A stretch of 64,000 nucleotides of DNA, taken from Eledone cirrhosa (Eukaryota). Location: assembly GCA_964016885.1 (NCBI GenBank), contig OZ024741.1, positions 338,520,001 through 338,584,000 of the forward strand. The letters run 5' to 3'. Below, piece after piece: positions 50,147 through 61,398 of the stretch. The first letter of the stretch is position 1. Each line of letters starts with the position of its first letter. The notes under the pieces were generated by a model that was not told where the DNA came from, made no database searches, and saw only the letters and a list, made by a program, of their open reading frames with translations. Both the position numbers and the translations under genes were made by a program.

Positions 50147-51499
50147 CTAAATGGATCAGGTTATGAAAGTGGCAGAGAGAATATTAGCGCAACTGATTAG
50201 AGAAAGGATCAAATTAGATGAGATGCAGTTTGGTTTTGTGCCTCGGAAAAGTACAACAGATGCCCTCTTCTTAGTGAGGCAACTACAAGAGAGGTTCTTA
50301 GAGAAGAATAAGCTACTATACTTAGCTTTTGTTGACCTAGAGAAGGCCTTTGATAGGGTACCCCGATCTGTCATCTGATGGTCCCTAAGGAAACTAGGTG
50401 TAGAAGAATGACTTGTGAGGACAGTGCAAGCTATGTACATGGGTGCTGTTAGTAAAGTGAGAATAGGAATGGAGTTTAGTGAGGAATTCCAGATACAAGT
50501 AGGTGTACATCAGGGTTCGGTCCTCAGCCTGCTCTTGTTCATTATAGTCCTCCAAGCCATAACAGAGGAGTTTAAGACTGGCTGCCCATGGGAACTTCGC
50601 TATGTTGACGATCTGGTTCTTATAGCAGAATCAGTAGAGGAGCTAGAGAATAAATTCTGGCTATGGAAACAGCAGTTGGAATCAAGAGGCCTGAGAGTGA
50701 ACATAGCTAAAACAAACGTGTTGATAAGTAGAAGAGAGGACAATACTCTGATTCCATCAGGGAAATGGCCATGTTCAATATGTAGGAAAGGAACTGGCAT
50801 AAATTCCATAAAATGTACGCAATGCAGATCTTGGGTACACAAGAGATGTAGTGGGATAGAAGGCAAACTAACAGGTAGGGAAAACTACGTATGCAGTAGT
50901 TGTACGGGGAAAGTTGGCAGTAGTAATCACAGTGATAGACACATTTTTCCAATGTAGGTGCATTCTAGTATCTAGAATAAGGATGGGTTGGAAGAAGTTT
51001 AAGGAGCTGCTTCCTCTGTTGACGCAGGTTTCTCCCTGCGTACAAAAAGACGCTTATATGATGCCTGTGTGAGATGCGCGATGCTGCATGGTAGTGAGAC
51101 ATGGGCAGCAACTGCAGAAGATATGCGACTGTTGGAGAGAAATGAAGCAAGTATGCTCCGTTGGATCTGCAATGTCAATGTGCATGAAGAACCAAACATA
51201 GACGAGTTGAGAAAGAAACTGGGTATAAGAGGGATAAGTTGTGGTGCGCAGGAGAGAAGGCTGAGATGGTCTGGAGATGTGATACGCATGGAGGATGACC
51301 GCTGGATAAAGAAGTGCCAAGAAATCCCAGTAGAGGTAGACCACGAAAAACATGGGCGGAGATGGTGAGAGCAGACCTCAGATCGCTGAAACTTACCGAG
51401 GAGATGACGAAGGACCGTGACAAGTGGAGAGATGCTGTGCTGAATAGGACCCGTCCAACCCTTGCAAGCAGGGAAAAGCGGACGTAAAATGATGATGAT
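50147..51499 (+). mobile_element. 5'-truncated RTE LINE (subfamily A)
   Basis: Highly similar to 1597-2748; ends GGACGTAAAA(TGA)n. Confidence 0.92.
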
Positions 51500-51505
51500 A
51501 TATAT

Positions 51506-51627
51506 ATAGGGAAAATGTTTAACCCCAACGGCAGAGCTCAAGATATTTTGACGGCTATTTCTGGTCCTCCAGAAATAGCCGTCGAAATGGCTTGAGCTCT
51601 GCCATCGGGGTTAAACATTTTCCCTAT
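51506..51627. repeat. ~58-bp-arm hairpin
   Basis: ATAGGGAAAATGTTTAACCCC...GGGGTTAAACATTTTCCCTAT; downstream flank is related to 53400-53530. Confidence 0.85.
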
Positions 51628-51705
51628 TACCCACTCTACTACTCTAAGTGTTGAGTACTCTGGTGCGTTGCTATGGTCCATCTGGTTCCTTACCACACCT
51701 CCTTC

Positions 51706-51748
<43 letters not shown>

Positions 51749-51759
51749 CTATCTATATA

Positions 51760-52467
51760 TTTCTCTCTAAAAATGAAAGGCAGACTGTATGATGCCTGCA
51801 TACGAACAGCAATGTTACATGGCAGTGAGATATGGGCATTGTGTGCAGAGGACCTGCGCAGACTGGAGAGGAACAAAGCATGCATGCTCCGTTGTATGTG
51901 TAATAGTAATATACGTGAACAGCTAAGCATAAATGAACTAAGTGAGAAATTAGGTATAAGAGGGATCAGATGCTGTTTTCCCGAGAGAAGACTACGTTTG
52001 TACGGTCACGTGATGCGCATGAAAGATGACAGGTGTATAAAAAAGTGCAGGACGATCAAAATTGATGGAAGTTACGGAGTAGGTAGACCCAGAAAACCTG
52101 GGACAATTTGATAAATTCTGACCTTACACACTTACACCTCTCTAAGACAATGTCACTGGACCGAGATCTTTGGCGCTACACAGTAATACAGAAGACCCGC
52201 CTTGCCTAAGTACAAAGCGAAACCTACAGTCGGTAGGCACCTCCTAATCAAATATACAACCCCATCCCACTACCCCAACTCTCCCACCACACCCCCATCA
52301 ACACCACCCCTTTCTCTGTAAAGTTATGTTGGTACCACAACATCCAGTCCTAAATAAATGAGGTCGTGTCGGTGTCACGACAAAAAAACACACAGTCCAC
52401 GCTGTAATGTGGCCTTATAGGTAACACGGTAAAAACCTCCCAGTCCACACTGATGATGATGATGATA
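51760..52467 (+). mobile_element. RTE LINE 3' fragment (subfamily C)
   Basis: MKGRLYDACIRTAMLHGSE... followed by the subfamily C 3'UTR. Confidence 0.9.
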
Positions 52468-53534
52468 TGTTTGTATATATATAAATATATATGAGTCCCA
52501 GGTTGAATCAGGGGTAACCACAGTAAGTAAAGTACTCAAAACATTAGTAGAGTGGAAACAACAAATTTAATACAGAAATTACCATTTCTATATAAAGTTA
52601 TATATTTATATAGTGTAGGTAGTACGGTGAAATCCTGGTGTTGGTACCAAATCAAGCACTTTATACACAGGTAGAGTGTATATAATAGAAAAAGCGAGGA
52701 AGTTTCGTTTATATATGAAAAATATCTATTGAGTATTGACCTGTTACACGCGTTTTGCAGAGGATTGTCTCAAGATAACCCATAGGAGTTATGGATCCGA
52801 CTCCAGTATCGATCTGCTCATCAGACTGGTGATGTGACAAAAAATATTTTTTTGTTGTGGTGTGTGGGCTGAGAAGGTACATATATATAGGCATCAGCCC
52901 TATTTGTGTGTGTGTGTAGGCGAATGTGTGTGTTGTGGTGTAATTGCTGGAGCTGCTATGCGGGTGTGTATTCACAGGTAATTGCTTGAGTGCGCGCGCG
53001 AGCATTTAAGGATTCTTGTGTGTGTGCATATATACATGTATATACATACATATACATATATACACACATACAGCATAATTGAACCTTGAAAATTAAGGAG
53101 TGCCTGCTTCTGTATCCCTCTGTATTTTCTCCAAGTATATTTTTCTCTAAGTTTTTTCAAAGAATCTCCATTCATAAAATCCATCAGCCAATGACCTCCA
53201 CCCATCCCAATCACCACCCTCCTCTACCACATGAAAATCTATAAATATCATCATAACACATTAACAGTCGGCTTTCCTGGTGATTTCTTTTGAATGAAAC
53301 AGTTCTAGTCTTGTAGAAGCCATTTCCCTATTAAATATATACATATATAGATATAACACCATGGACGCTTAAACATATAGATATATAGATATAACAAAGA
53401 AAGTGTGGTAAGGAACCAGGTGGACCATAACACACCAGAGTACTCGATACTTAGGGTAACAAAAGAGTCAGGACCCCAATGGATCTAGCTGCTGAAACAG
53501 CCAGAGCTCAGCCGTCAGGGTCCTGACTCCAAGT

Positions 53535-55512
53535 GGACCCTATAAAGGAGCCAGCAGTACAAGTCAGCAGCAGTGTCGTAAGTAAGGCAATTAAAGATAT
53601 GACGACAGGGAAGGCAACTGGTCCATCGGGTATAGATGCGAGATGCTGAAGGCATCTGGGTCGGTAGATCACACCATAACCACACGTATTGTTAACCAGG
53701 TAATACTAGGTGTCATACCAAAGGATTGGTGCAGCAGCATCATTGACAACTGCTACAAGGGTAAAGATGATGCACTAGATAGAGGAAACTATAGAGGTAT
53801 AAAGCTGATGGACCAGGTCATGAATGAAACGGAAAGAGTTATAGCACAGTTGATTAGGAACCGGGTAAAACTAGATGAGATGCAATTTGGGTTTGTACCA
53901 GGAAAAGGCACCACTGATGCCCTATTCCTTGTGAGGCAGTTACAGGAAAAGTACCTAGCTAAAAGTAAGCCACTCTACCTGGCATTCGTCGATCTGGAAA
54001 AAGCCTTTGACAGAGTCCCTCGTGCTATAATCTGGTGGACTCTTAGAAAACTACGAGTAGATGAATGGCTTGTGAAAGCTGTACAAGCCATGTACAGAGG
54101 AGCAGTCAGCAGAGTTAGGCTTAGCAATGACTATAGCGAGGAATTTAGCATACAGGTTGGTGTCCACCAAGGCTCTGTTCTTAGCCCTCTCCTGTTCATT
54201 ATAGTACTGCAGGCAATAACAAAGGAGTTTAAGACCGGATGCCAATGGGAACTCCTATATGCGGTTGATCTTGCACTTATAGCTGAATCTATGGTGGAAC
54301 TAGAGAAGAAATTCCAAACATGGAAGCATGGACTAGAAAGAAAGGGTCTCAAAGTCAACCTGATAAAGACTAAGGTCCTCGTAAGTAGACGAGAAAACAA
54401 AACCCAGATCCCCTGGGGGAAATGGCCTTGCTCAGTATGTAGAAAAGATGTAGGTAGGAACTCCATCCTCTGCCCCAAATGCAAACAATGGGTACACTAG
54501 AGATGTAGTGGGATCTCAAGAAGCTTAACTAAGAATGTAGGCTTCACATGTAGCAGCTGTGCTGGGACAGCAAGCAGCAAACGGCCACAGGAAACAAGCA
54601 CCATCAAACTCTGGGAGTGCTCTGTCAAAAAAATAGACAACTTCTGCTACCTAGGTGACCAAATTAGCAGCGGAGGAGGGTGTTCGGAAAGTACAATAAC
54701 TAGGGTAAGAATGGGATGGAAGAAGTTCAGGGAGCTACTACCACTGCTAGCTGTAAAAGGCCTTTTCCTCAAAATGAAAGTCAGACTGTATGATGCGTGT
54801 ATACGAACAGCAATGTTACATGGTAGTGAGACCTGGGCGCTGTCTGTAGAAGACTTGCGTAGATTAGAAAGAAACGAAGCTTGTATGCTCTGATGGATGT
54901 GTAATAGTAATATACGTGAACGGCAAAGAATAAACAAATTGAGAGAGAGACTGAGCATAAGAGGAATCAAATGCTGTGTGCAGGAGAGGAGGTTGCGTTG
55001 GTATGGACATGTGATGCATATGAAGGATGACAGCTGCATAAAAAGGTGCAGTGCACTAGAAGTCGATGGAAGCCTTAGAGTGGGGAGACACAAGAAGACA
55101 TGGGATGACGTGATAAAAGCCGACCTTACCCAATTGCATCTCTCAAGGGTGATGACACACAACCGTGACCTCTGACGTCACGCCGTAATACAGAAGACCC
55201 GACTTCCCACGGGTATAAGCTGAAGCTGAAGCATATAGACAATATGCCCCCACCCTCTCCCACTGCAAAGTGGTCATGGAGGTGCCACGGCAAAAAAGCA
55301 CCCAACCCACACTGCAAAGTGGACGAGTAGGCGCCACGGAAAAAAAGCTCCCAGCACTCACTGTAAATGAGGTTGGTGTTAGGAAGGGCATCCAGCTGTA
55401 GAAATCAAGCCAGAATCAGTTCCCGTATGAGCAAGACAAGGTCAGCCGACTGGACACTGCCCACAATAGGACAACGCGTCAGACGTAAAACGGTGATTAT
55501 GATGATGATGAT
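53535..55512 (+). mobile_element. 5'-truncated RTE LINE (subfamily B)
   Basis: Collinear with 4600-6590; contains stops and YAVD instead of YADD. Confidence 0.92.
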
Positions 55513-55800
55513 ATCACAGCTGACCAGTTCAATGGATCAGTGACAAAAGTACCAAACTTGAAAAAATAAAGATGAGTTGGTATCTGACTGTAAAAAACAT
55601 CCAGTACACACTGTAAATGTGGTTGGTGTTAGGAAGGGCATCCAGCTGTAGAAACTAAGCCCAAATCAGTTCTGTATGCACAAAACATGGTCCTCTGACC
55701 TGGATGTCTCACAATAGAACAGTATGTCTTACCCATACTAGCATGGAAAATGGACATTAAACGATATTGATGATGATGATATATATATATTATACATATA

Positions 55801-56136
55801 TCATCATCATTTCATTTTACGTCCATTTTTCCCTGCTTGCAAGGGTGGGACGGGAACTGATTCTGGCTTGATTTCTACAGCTGGATGCCCTTCCTAACAC
55901 CAACCTCATTTACAGTGAGTGCTGGGTGCTTTTTTGCCGTGGCACCTCCACGACCACTTTGCAGTGGAATGATAGGGACCCCAGTCCCTATCATCTCAGT
56001 TCTACAGCTGAGTAAACTGGAGCAATGTGAAATAAAGTGCCTTGCTCAAGGAAACAACACATCACCCGGTCTGAGAATTGAACTCACAACCTTTCGATTG
56101 CAAGGCCAATGCTCTAACCACTAAGCCATGTGCCTC
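55801..56136 (-). mobile_element. CORE-type SINE
   Basis: Reverse complement of 17885-18223. Confidence 0.88.
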
Positions 56137-56186
56137 CACATACATATATATAGATATAGATATATACATATATATATAATGTGTGT

Positions 56187-59100
56187 ATCATCATCATCAT
56201 CATCATCATCATCGTTTAACGTCCATGTTCCACGCTTGCATGGGTTTGGACGGGAGTTTTCCCACTTGAGGCAAGAGTGGTTGTCTTGCTCGCATAGGAC
56301 TGTCTGGCGGGTTTTCTACAGCTGGATGCCCTTCCTAACGTCAACCACATTTACAGTGTGGGGCTGGGAGGTTTTTACCGTGTTGCCTACACGACCACAT
56401 TACAGCGTGGACTGTCTGGCGGGTTTTCTATAGCTGGATGCCCTTCCTAACACCAACCACATTTACAGTGTGGGACTGGGAGGTTTTTACCGTGTTGCCT
56501 ACATGGCCACATTACAGCGTGGACTGTGTTTTTTGTCGTGACACCTACACGATCTCATTTGTTTCGGCCTGGATGTTGTGGCACCAACATAACTTTACAT
56601 TGAAAGGGGCGGTGTGGATAGGGTGGGGGTGGTGGGACGGGGTGTATTTTGTTAGAGATGCCTACTGACTGTAGTAGGTTTTACTTTGTATTTAGGTAAG
56701 GCGGGTCTTCTCTATTACTGAGTACCGCCAAAGGTCTCGGTCCAGTGACATTGTCTTGGAGAGGTGTAAGTGTGTGAGGTCGGAATTTATCAGCTCGTCC
56801 CAGGTTTTTCTGGGTCTGCCTACTCCGTGGCTACCATCTATCTTTATTGCCCTGCACTTTGTTATACAGCTGTCGTCTTTCATGCGTATTACGTGACCAT
56901 ACCAACGTAGCCTTCTCTCGAGTAAACATCTGATCCCTCTTATTTCTAATTTTTTCCTTAGTTCGTTTATGCTTTGCCGTTCACGTATATTACTATTACA
57001 CATCCAGCGGAGCATGCAAGCTTCGTTCCTCTCTAGTCTGCGTATATCCTCTGCACACAATGCCCAGGTCTCACTGCCATGCAACATTGCTGTTCGTATG
57101 CAGGCATCATACAACCTGCCTTTCATTTTTAGGGAGAACCCTTTAGCGGCTAATAGTGGTATAAGCTCTCTGAACTTTTTCCATCCAGTTCTGACTCTAG
57201 CTACTGTACTTTCGGAGCACCCTCCCCCACTGCTGATTTTGTCACCCAGATAACGGAAGCTGTCCACTATTTCTATAGAACCCTCTGCGTAATTGAAAGA
57301 GCTAGTATTTTGTGGGCACTTGCTGCTACTTATTGCACCAGAGCACCGGCCACATGTAAAATTTGTGTTCTTAGTTAGCTTACCTGTGATCCCACTACAT
57401 CTTTTATGCACCCATACTTTGCATTTGGGACATAAAATGGAGTTTCTACCTACGCCTTCCCTACACACTGAGCATGGCCATTTCCCGGAAGGGACCGGCG
57501 CCTTATTTTCTTTCCTACAAACTAGAACTTTAGTCTTAGCCAGGTTAATTTTAAGGCCTTTTGATTCTAGGCCGTGCTTCCATGTTTGGAATTTCTTCTC
57601 TAGCTCGGCCATTGATTCAGCTATGAGCGTTAGATCATCTGCGTATAGGAGTTCCCATGGGCAGCCGGTCTTGAACTCCTCTGTTATAGCCTGAAGGGCA
57701 ATAATAAATAGTAGGGGGCTAAGAACAGAGCCCTGATGGACACCAACTTTTACACTAAACTCTTCACTATATTCGTTGTTAATTCTAACCTTACTGACTG
57801 TTTCTTTATACATGGCTTGTATAGCTCTCACAAGCCATTCGTCAACACCTAGTTTTCTAAGAGACCACCAGATAATGGAACGGGGGACTCTGTCGAAGGC
57901 TTTCTCCAAGTCGACAAAAGCTAAGTATAGGGGTTTACTTTTAGCTAGGTACTTCTCCTGTAGTTGTCGTACAATGAAAAGAGCGTCTGTGGTACTTTTG
58001 CCTGACACAAACCCGAACTGCATTTCATCTAGATCAATTCTCTCTCTGATTAGTTGCGCTATTACTTTTTCAGTGACCTTCATGACCTGGTTGATTAATT
58101 TAATGCCTCTATAGTTACTCCTATCTAGGGCGTCTCCTTTACCCTTGTAACAGTTAACGATGATGCTGCTATGCCAGTCCTTCGGAACAACCCCATTCTG
58201 TATGACTTGGTTTACTATCCGGGTGACCATGGTGTGTCCCACCGTTCCAGAGGCTTTTATCATCTCAGCAACTATTTCCGAAGGCCCAGCCGCCTTACCC
58301 GTCTTCATATCTTTGATTGCCTTACTTATTATACTACCTTCGACTAACACTGCTGGTCCCTCTATTGGGTCGATGTGGGGGAGACTGTCTTTCTCCCATT
58401 TATTCTCCTCATTTAGTAGCCTTTCGTAGTGACACTTCCAAGCTACCTTCTTATCAGCGTCAGTGATGGCAAGTATGCCATCATCGTTAAGTACACACTT
58501 CTCCCCGACAATATCACGGTTTTCCTTGACACATTGACTAGCAATCCTGAACACCTCACGTTTTTGGTCCTCGCGTTGTAGAACATGCTTGAACTTTCTT
58601 TCCTCTGCTTCCCTTCTTGCGAAGTACACTTGCCTCCTAGCTTCCCTCCTGGCCACTTGATAGTCTTCTCTACTTCCCCCATCCCGCCATGCTTTCCAAG
58701 CCTGCTTTTTGGCCTTGATTGACCCCTCCACCTTACTGTTCCACCACCATGTTACTCTCCTCCTGCCTACAGGCCTGCTCCAGCCACAGACTTCATCTGC
58801 CGCCATCAGCAAGTTTGCTTTCAGGAATTCCCACTGTTCCTCTACCTTGTACGACTCTAACTGCTCTTCCTTACTGTCGAAAGCATCAAGTAATATGCTT
58901 TGAAATTTATTTCTGGCTGTGGGATCCTTTAGCTTCCATATTTTTCTCCTGAAGATAATCCTCTTCTGCTGTCTAGTACGTCTCGTCCTGACTATGAGGT
59001 CACTAATTATCAGTCTATGTTGGGAGGTGCACTCTTCATGGGGGAGGGATTTAGTGTTTACAACAGACACTCTGTCACGTCTTCTGGTAAGGATATAATC

Positions 59101-60051
59101 TACCTGGCTGGTATGTTCCCCTGATCTGTAGGTGATCAAGTGATTGTCTCGTTTTTTGAAGTTAGTGTTACAGATAGTTAGGTAGTTTGCATCACAGAAT
59201 TCCAGGATTCTGGAGCCTTCCTCATTTCTAGTACCAAACCCATAGCCTCCGTGGATTCCGTCATAGCCGTCACAATGTTGTCCAACGTGGCCATTTAGGT
59301 TGCCAGCAATAATTATATAGTCACTATCGGTTATTTGGGAGGTAGTGAGCATCAGTGTCTCATAGAATCTGTCTTTTATAGCGCCAGGCAGTCCGGATTG
59401 GGGCGCGTATGCAGATATTACTGTCACAGTAGTTCTGTTTAGAACAAGTCTTATTTTAATTATTCTGTCATTCACTCTATTTACATCTATTATCTTATCC
59501 ACCCATTTTTTTGCTAACATGATTCCTACCCCACCTATCCCATTGTCATTTCCCACCCAGAAAAGCTTATAGCAACGTTTTTTACCCACAATGAATCTAG
59601 CAGACCCGCCCCTCCACCTGGTCTCTTGGATACAGCAAACATCAACCTCTTTACGTTCAAGCAATTCTACAACCTCGTTAGACCGGCCTTTTAAGGTGCC
59701 TACGTTCATGGTACCAACTCTGAAGTTTTGGATTGTGTTGGGAGGATGGGGTGCAGGGATGGGTGAGGAGGATGGGGTTAGGGTTATGTTGGCCATCCGC
59801 GGCCGAAACAAAGAGGGGGGGGGGGCCTTGCCCTTTCGTCCAGCAGCATGAGGTGAATTTGTCGTTATCTTTGGCATTGTCATCGAGTGTCCAGATTCTT
59901 CAGACTCTCCAGTTCATTCATCCATATATATCTACAATCGTTGCTATCCTATAATTCCGTCTCACTGTTCTAAATTAATCTTCTCCACGCTTGTTCTAAA
60001 TTAATCTTCTCTTTGCTACCATTTTGGCCGAAAAAGAAAAAAAAAAAAAAA
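56187..60051 (-). mobile_element. Full-length RTE LINE (subfamily C)
   Basis: Short 5'UTR with a 24-bp tandem repeat, single long ORF, 3'UTR with a 112-bp duplication (56297/56409), (TGA)n tail; TSD not found. Confidence 0.93.
56692..59883 (-). CDS. RTE polyprotein: APE endonuclease, reverse transcriptase and PHD-like C4HC3 finger
   Basis: 1063-aa uninterrupted ORF; TMNVGTL, IQETRW, SAYAPQ, QVDYIL, FVDLEKAFD, GVHQGS, YADD. Confidence 0.95.
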   Translation of the reverse strand: MTMPKITTNSPHAAGRKGKAPPPSLFRPRMANITLTPSSSPIPAPHPPNTIQNFRVGTMNVGTLKGRSNEVVELLERKEVDVCCIQETRWRGGSARFIVGKKRCYKLFWVGNDNGIGGVGIMLAKKWVDKIIDVNRVNDRIIKIRLVLNRTTVTVISAYAPQSGLPGAIKDRFYETLMLTTSQITDSDYIIIAGNLNGHVGQHCDGYDGIHGGYGFGTRNEEGSRILEFCDANYLTICNTNFKKRDNHLITYRSGEHTSQVDYILTRRRDRVSVVNTKSLPHEECTSQHRLIISDLIVRTRRTRQQKRIIFRRKIWKLKDPTARNKFQSILLDAFDSKEEQLESYKVEEQWEFLKANLLMAADEVCGWSRPVGRRRVTWWWNSKVEGSIKAKKQAWKAWRDGGSREDYQVARREARRQVYFARREAEERKFKHVLQREDQKREVFRIASQCVKENRDIVGEKCVLNDDGILAITDADKKVAWKCHYERLLNEENKWEKDSLPHIDPIEGPAVLVEGSIISKAIKDMKTGKAAGPSEIVAEMIKASGTVGHTMVTRIVNQVIQNGVVPKDWHSSIIVNCYKGKGDALDRSNYRGIKLINQVMKVTEKVIAQLIRERIDLDEMQFGFVSGKSTTDALFIVRQLQEKYLAKSKPLYLAFVDLEKAFDRVPRSIIWWSLRKLGVDEWLVRAIQAMYKETVSKVRINNEYSEEFSVKVGVHQGSVLSPLLFIIALQAITEEFKTGCPWELLYADDLTLIAESMAELEKKFQTWKHGLESKGLKINLAKTKVLVCRKENKAPVPSGKWPCSVCREGVGRNSILCPKCKVWVHKRCSGITGKLTKNTNFTCGRCSGAISSSKCPQNTSSFNYAEGSIEIVDSFRYLGDKISSGGGCSESTVARVRTGWKKFRELIPLLAAKGFSLKMKGRLYDACIRTAMLHGSETWALCAEDIRRLERNEACMLRWMCNSNIRERQSINELRKKLEIRGIRCLLERRLRWYGHVIRMKDDSCITKCRAIKIDGSHGVGRPRKTWDELINSDLTHLHLSKTMSLDRDLWRYSVIEKTRLT

Positions 60052-60242
60052 ATTCCAGGATTCATATAAATAGATTCTCTCGCCCATTATAATGTACATA
60101 AATGTGGTTGGCACTAGGAAGAATAACCAGCTGTAGAAAACCAGCCAGAAACAGTCCTATATAAGCAATACACTGTCACCCAACCTAACTTGCCTCAAGT
60201 GGGACAAACCCGTCTAACTCATATTAAACGATGATGATGATG

Positions 60243-60274
<32 letters not shown>

Positions 60275-60571
60275 AAAAACCTGAAGAACAAAAATGTGGG
60301 GTGTGCAGAAAGTCCTAAGATTAGGCACTGCGAGCGCATAATATCTCACAAAGTTGATAGTGATCCTTTTTTTTTTGTTCTTCAAGTTTTTTTCTCTGCT
60401 CTTTTTTTCTACTTCTGTACCATTTATTTTATGCTTCTGATGTGATTTATTCCTTGTTTACTTAATTATCATCTATCTCCAACCTCATTTTTACTTTGCC
60501 TTTATTTCGTTCATATATGTCAACACTAGCTCTCGACTAATTCTACATACTGGTTATTATTTTGACGTATA

Positions 60572-60910
60572 GAGTTACAGCCCCATTCTGAGTTCAAATC
60601 CCGCCGAGGTTAACTTTGCCTTTCATCCTTACGGGGTCGATAAAATAAAGTACCAGTAATACACTGGGTAATTGCTGTCCTTGTACCAAACGTAGAAACA
60701 ATTATATTATATTATTATATTATCAAGGGCGGTGGATTGGCAGTATCGGTAGAGGGTCGGATGCCATGCTTTGACGCATAGAATTACGGCCCTTGCCATT
60801 CTGAGTTCAAATCCCGCCGAGGTTAACTTTACCTTTCATCCTTACGGGGTCGATAAAATAAAGTACCAGTAATGTACTGGGTAATGGCTGGCCTTGTGCC
60901 TAAAATAGAA
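60572..60910 (+). mobile_element. Two Nin/Deu-domain SINEs (60572-60700 partial, 60726-60910 full)
   Basis: GAGTTCAAATCCC B-box and conserved domain; a further minus-strand copy lies at ~63340-63527. Confidence 0.8.
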
Positions 60911-61339
60911 AATTATTATATTATCACTGACTGCCACTACTACCATGGTCACTGGTGTCAACTGCCACTCGTAACAAAATAAGGTATGATTGCTTATTGT
61001 TGCTACTGAAAACTATTCCATTTGACAGAGCAACATATCTACAAGGTCAATCCCTGTCAGACCTGATTCCAGAACATGTTGAAGCCAAATCTCAGATAAT
61101 GGCACCACTAAGCAATTAAAATGACTTGATAATATTGTGGTGAAATTAACTCTGACCAATAGATAGTGGCCTTTATATACCCTTTTTGCTGATCCTGTGA
61201 GGCTGCTTATTCTATGTCATATGTCACCGGTGCTTTGGGAGCGTAACACCAAATATCAGCCTAGAGCATATCAATGAATCGAAACAACAGAAGTAAGCTT
61301 TATTTCTTATGTTTTTCTGTTTTTTTAATTCAATTTCTA

Positions 61340-61398
61340 GGTGTCTGATGAGACCATAACTGTTGCATAACAGTTATCACCGAAATATATATATAACC
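61340..61398 (+). ncRNA. Hammerhead-like motif
   Basis: CTGATGA(61345)...ATAACTGTT/AACAGTTAT-CACC-GAAA-TATATATA; related to 10120; stem I imperfect. Confidence 0.5.

Noticed and set aside
56969-58903. Recurrent antisense ORFs over RTE copies
   Set aside because: Shadows of the RT coding strand.
59884-60051. HDV-like ribozyme in the RTE 5'UTR
   Set aside because: No nested double-pseudoknot pairing could be identified by eye.
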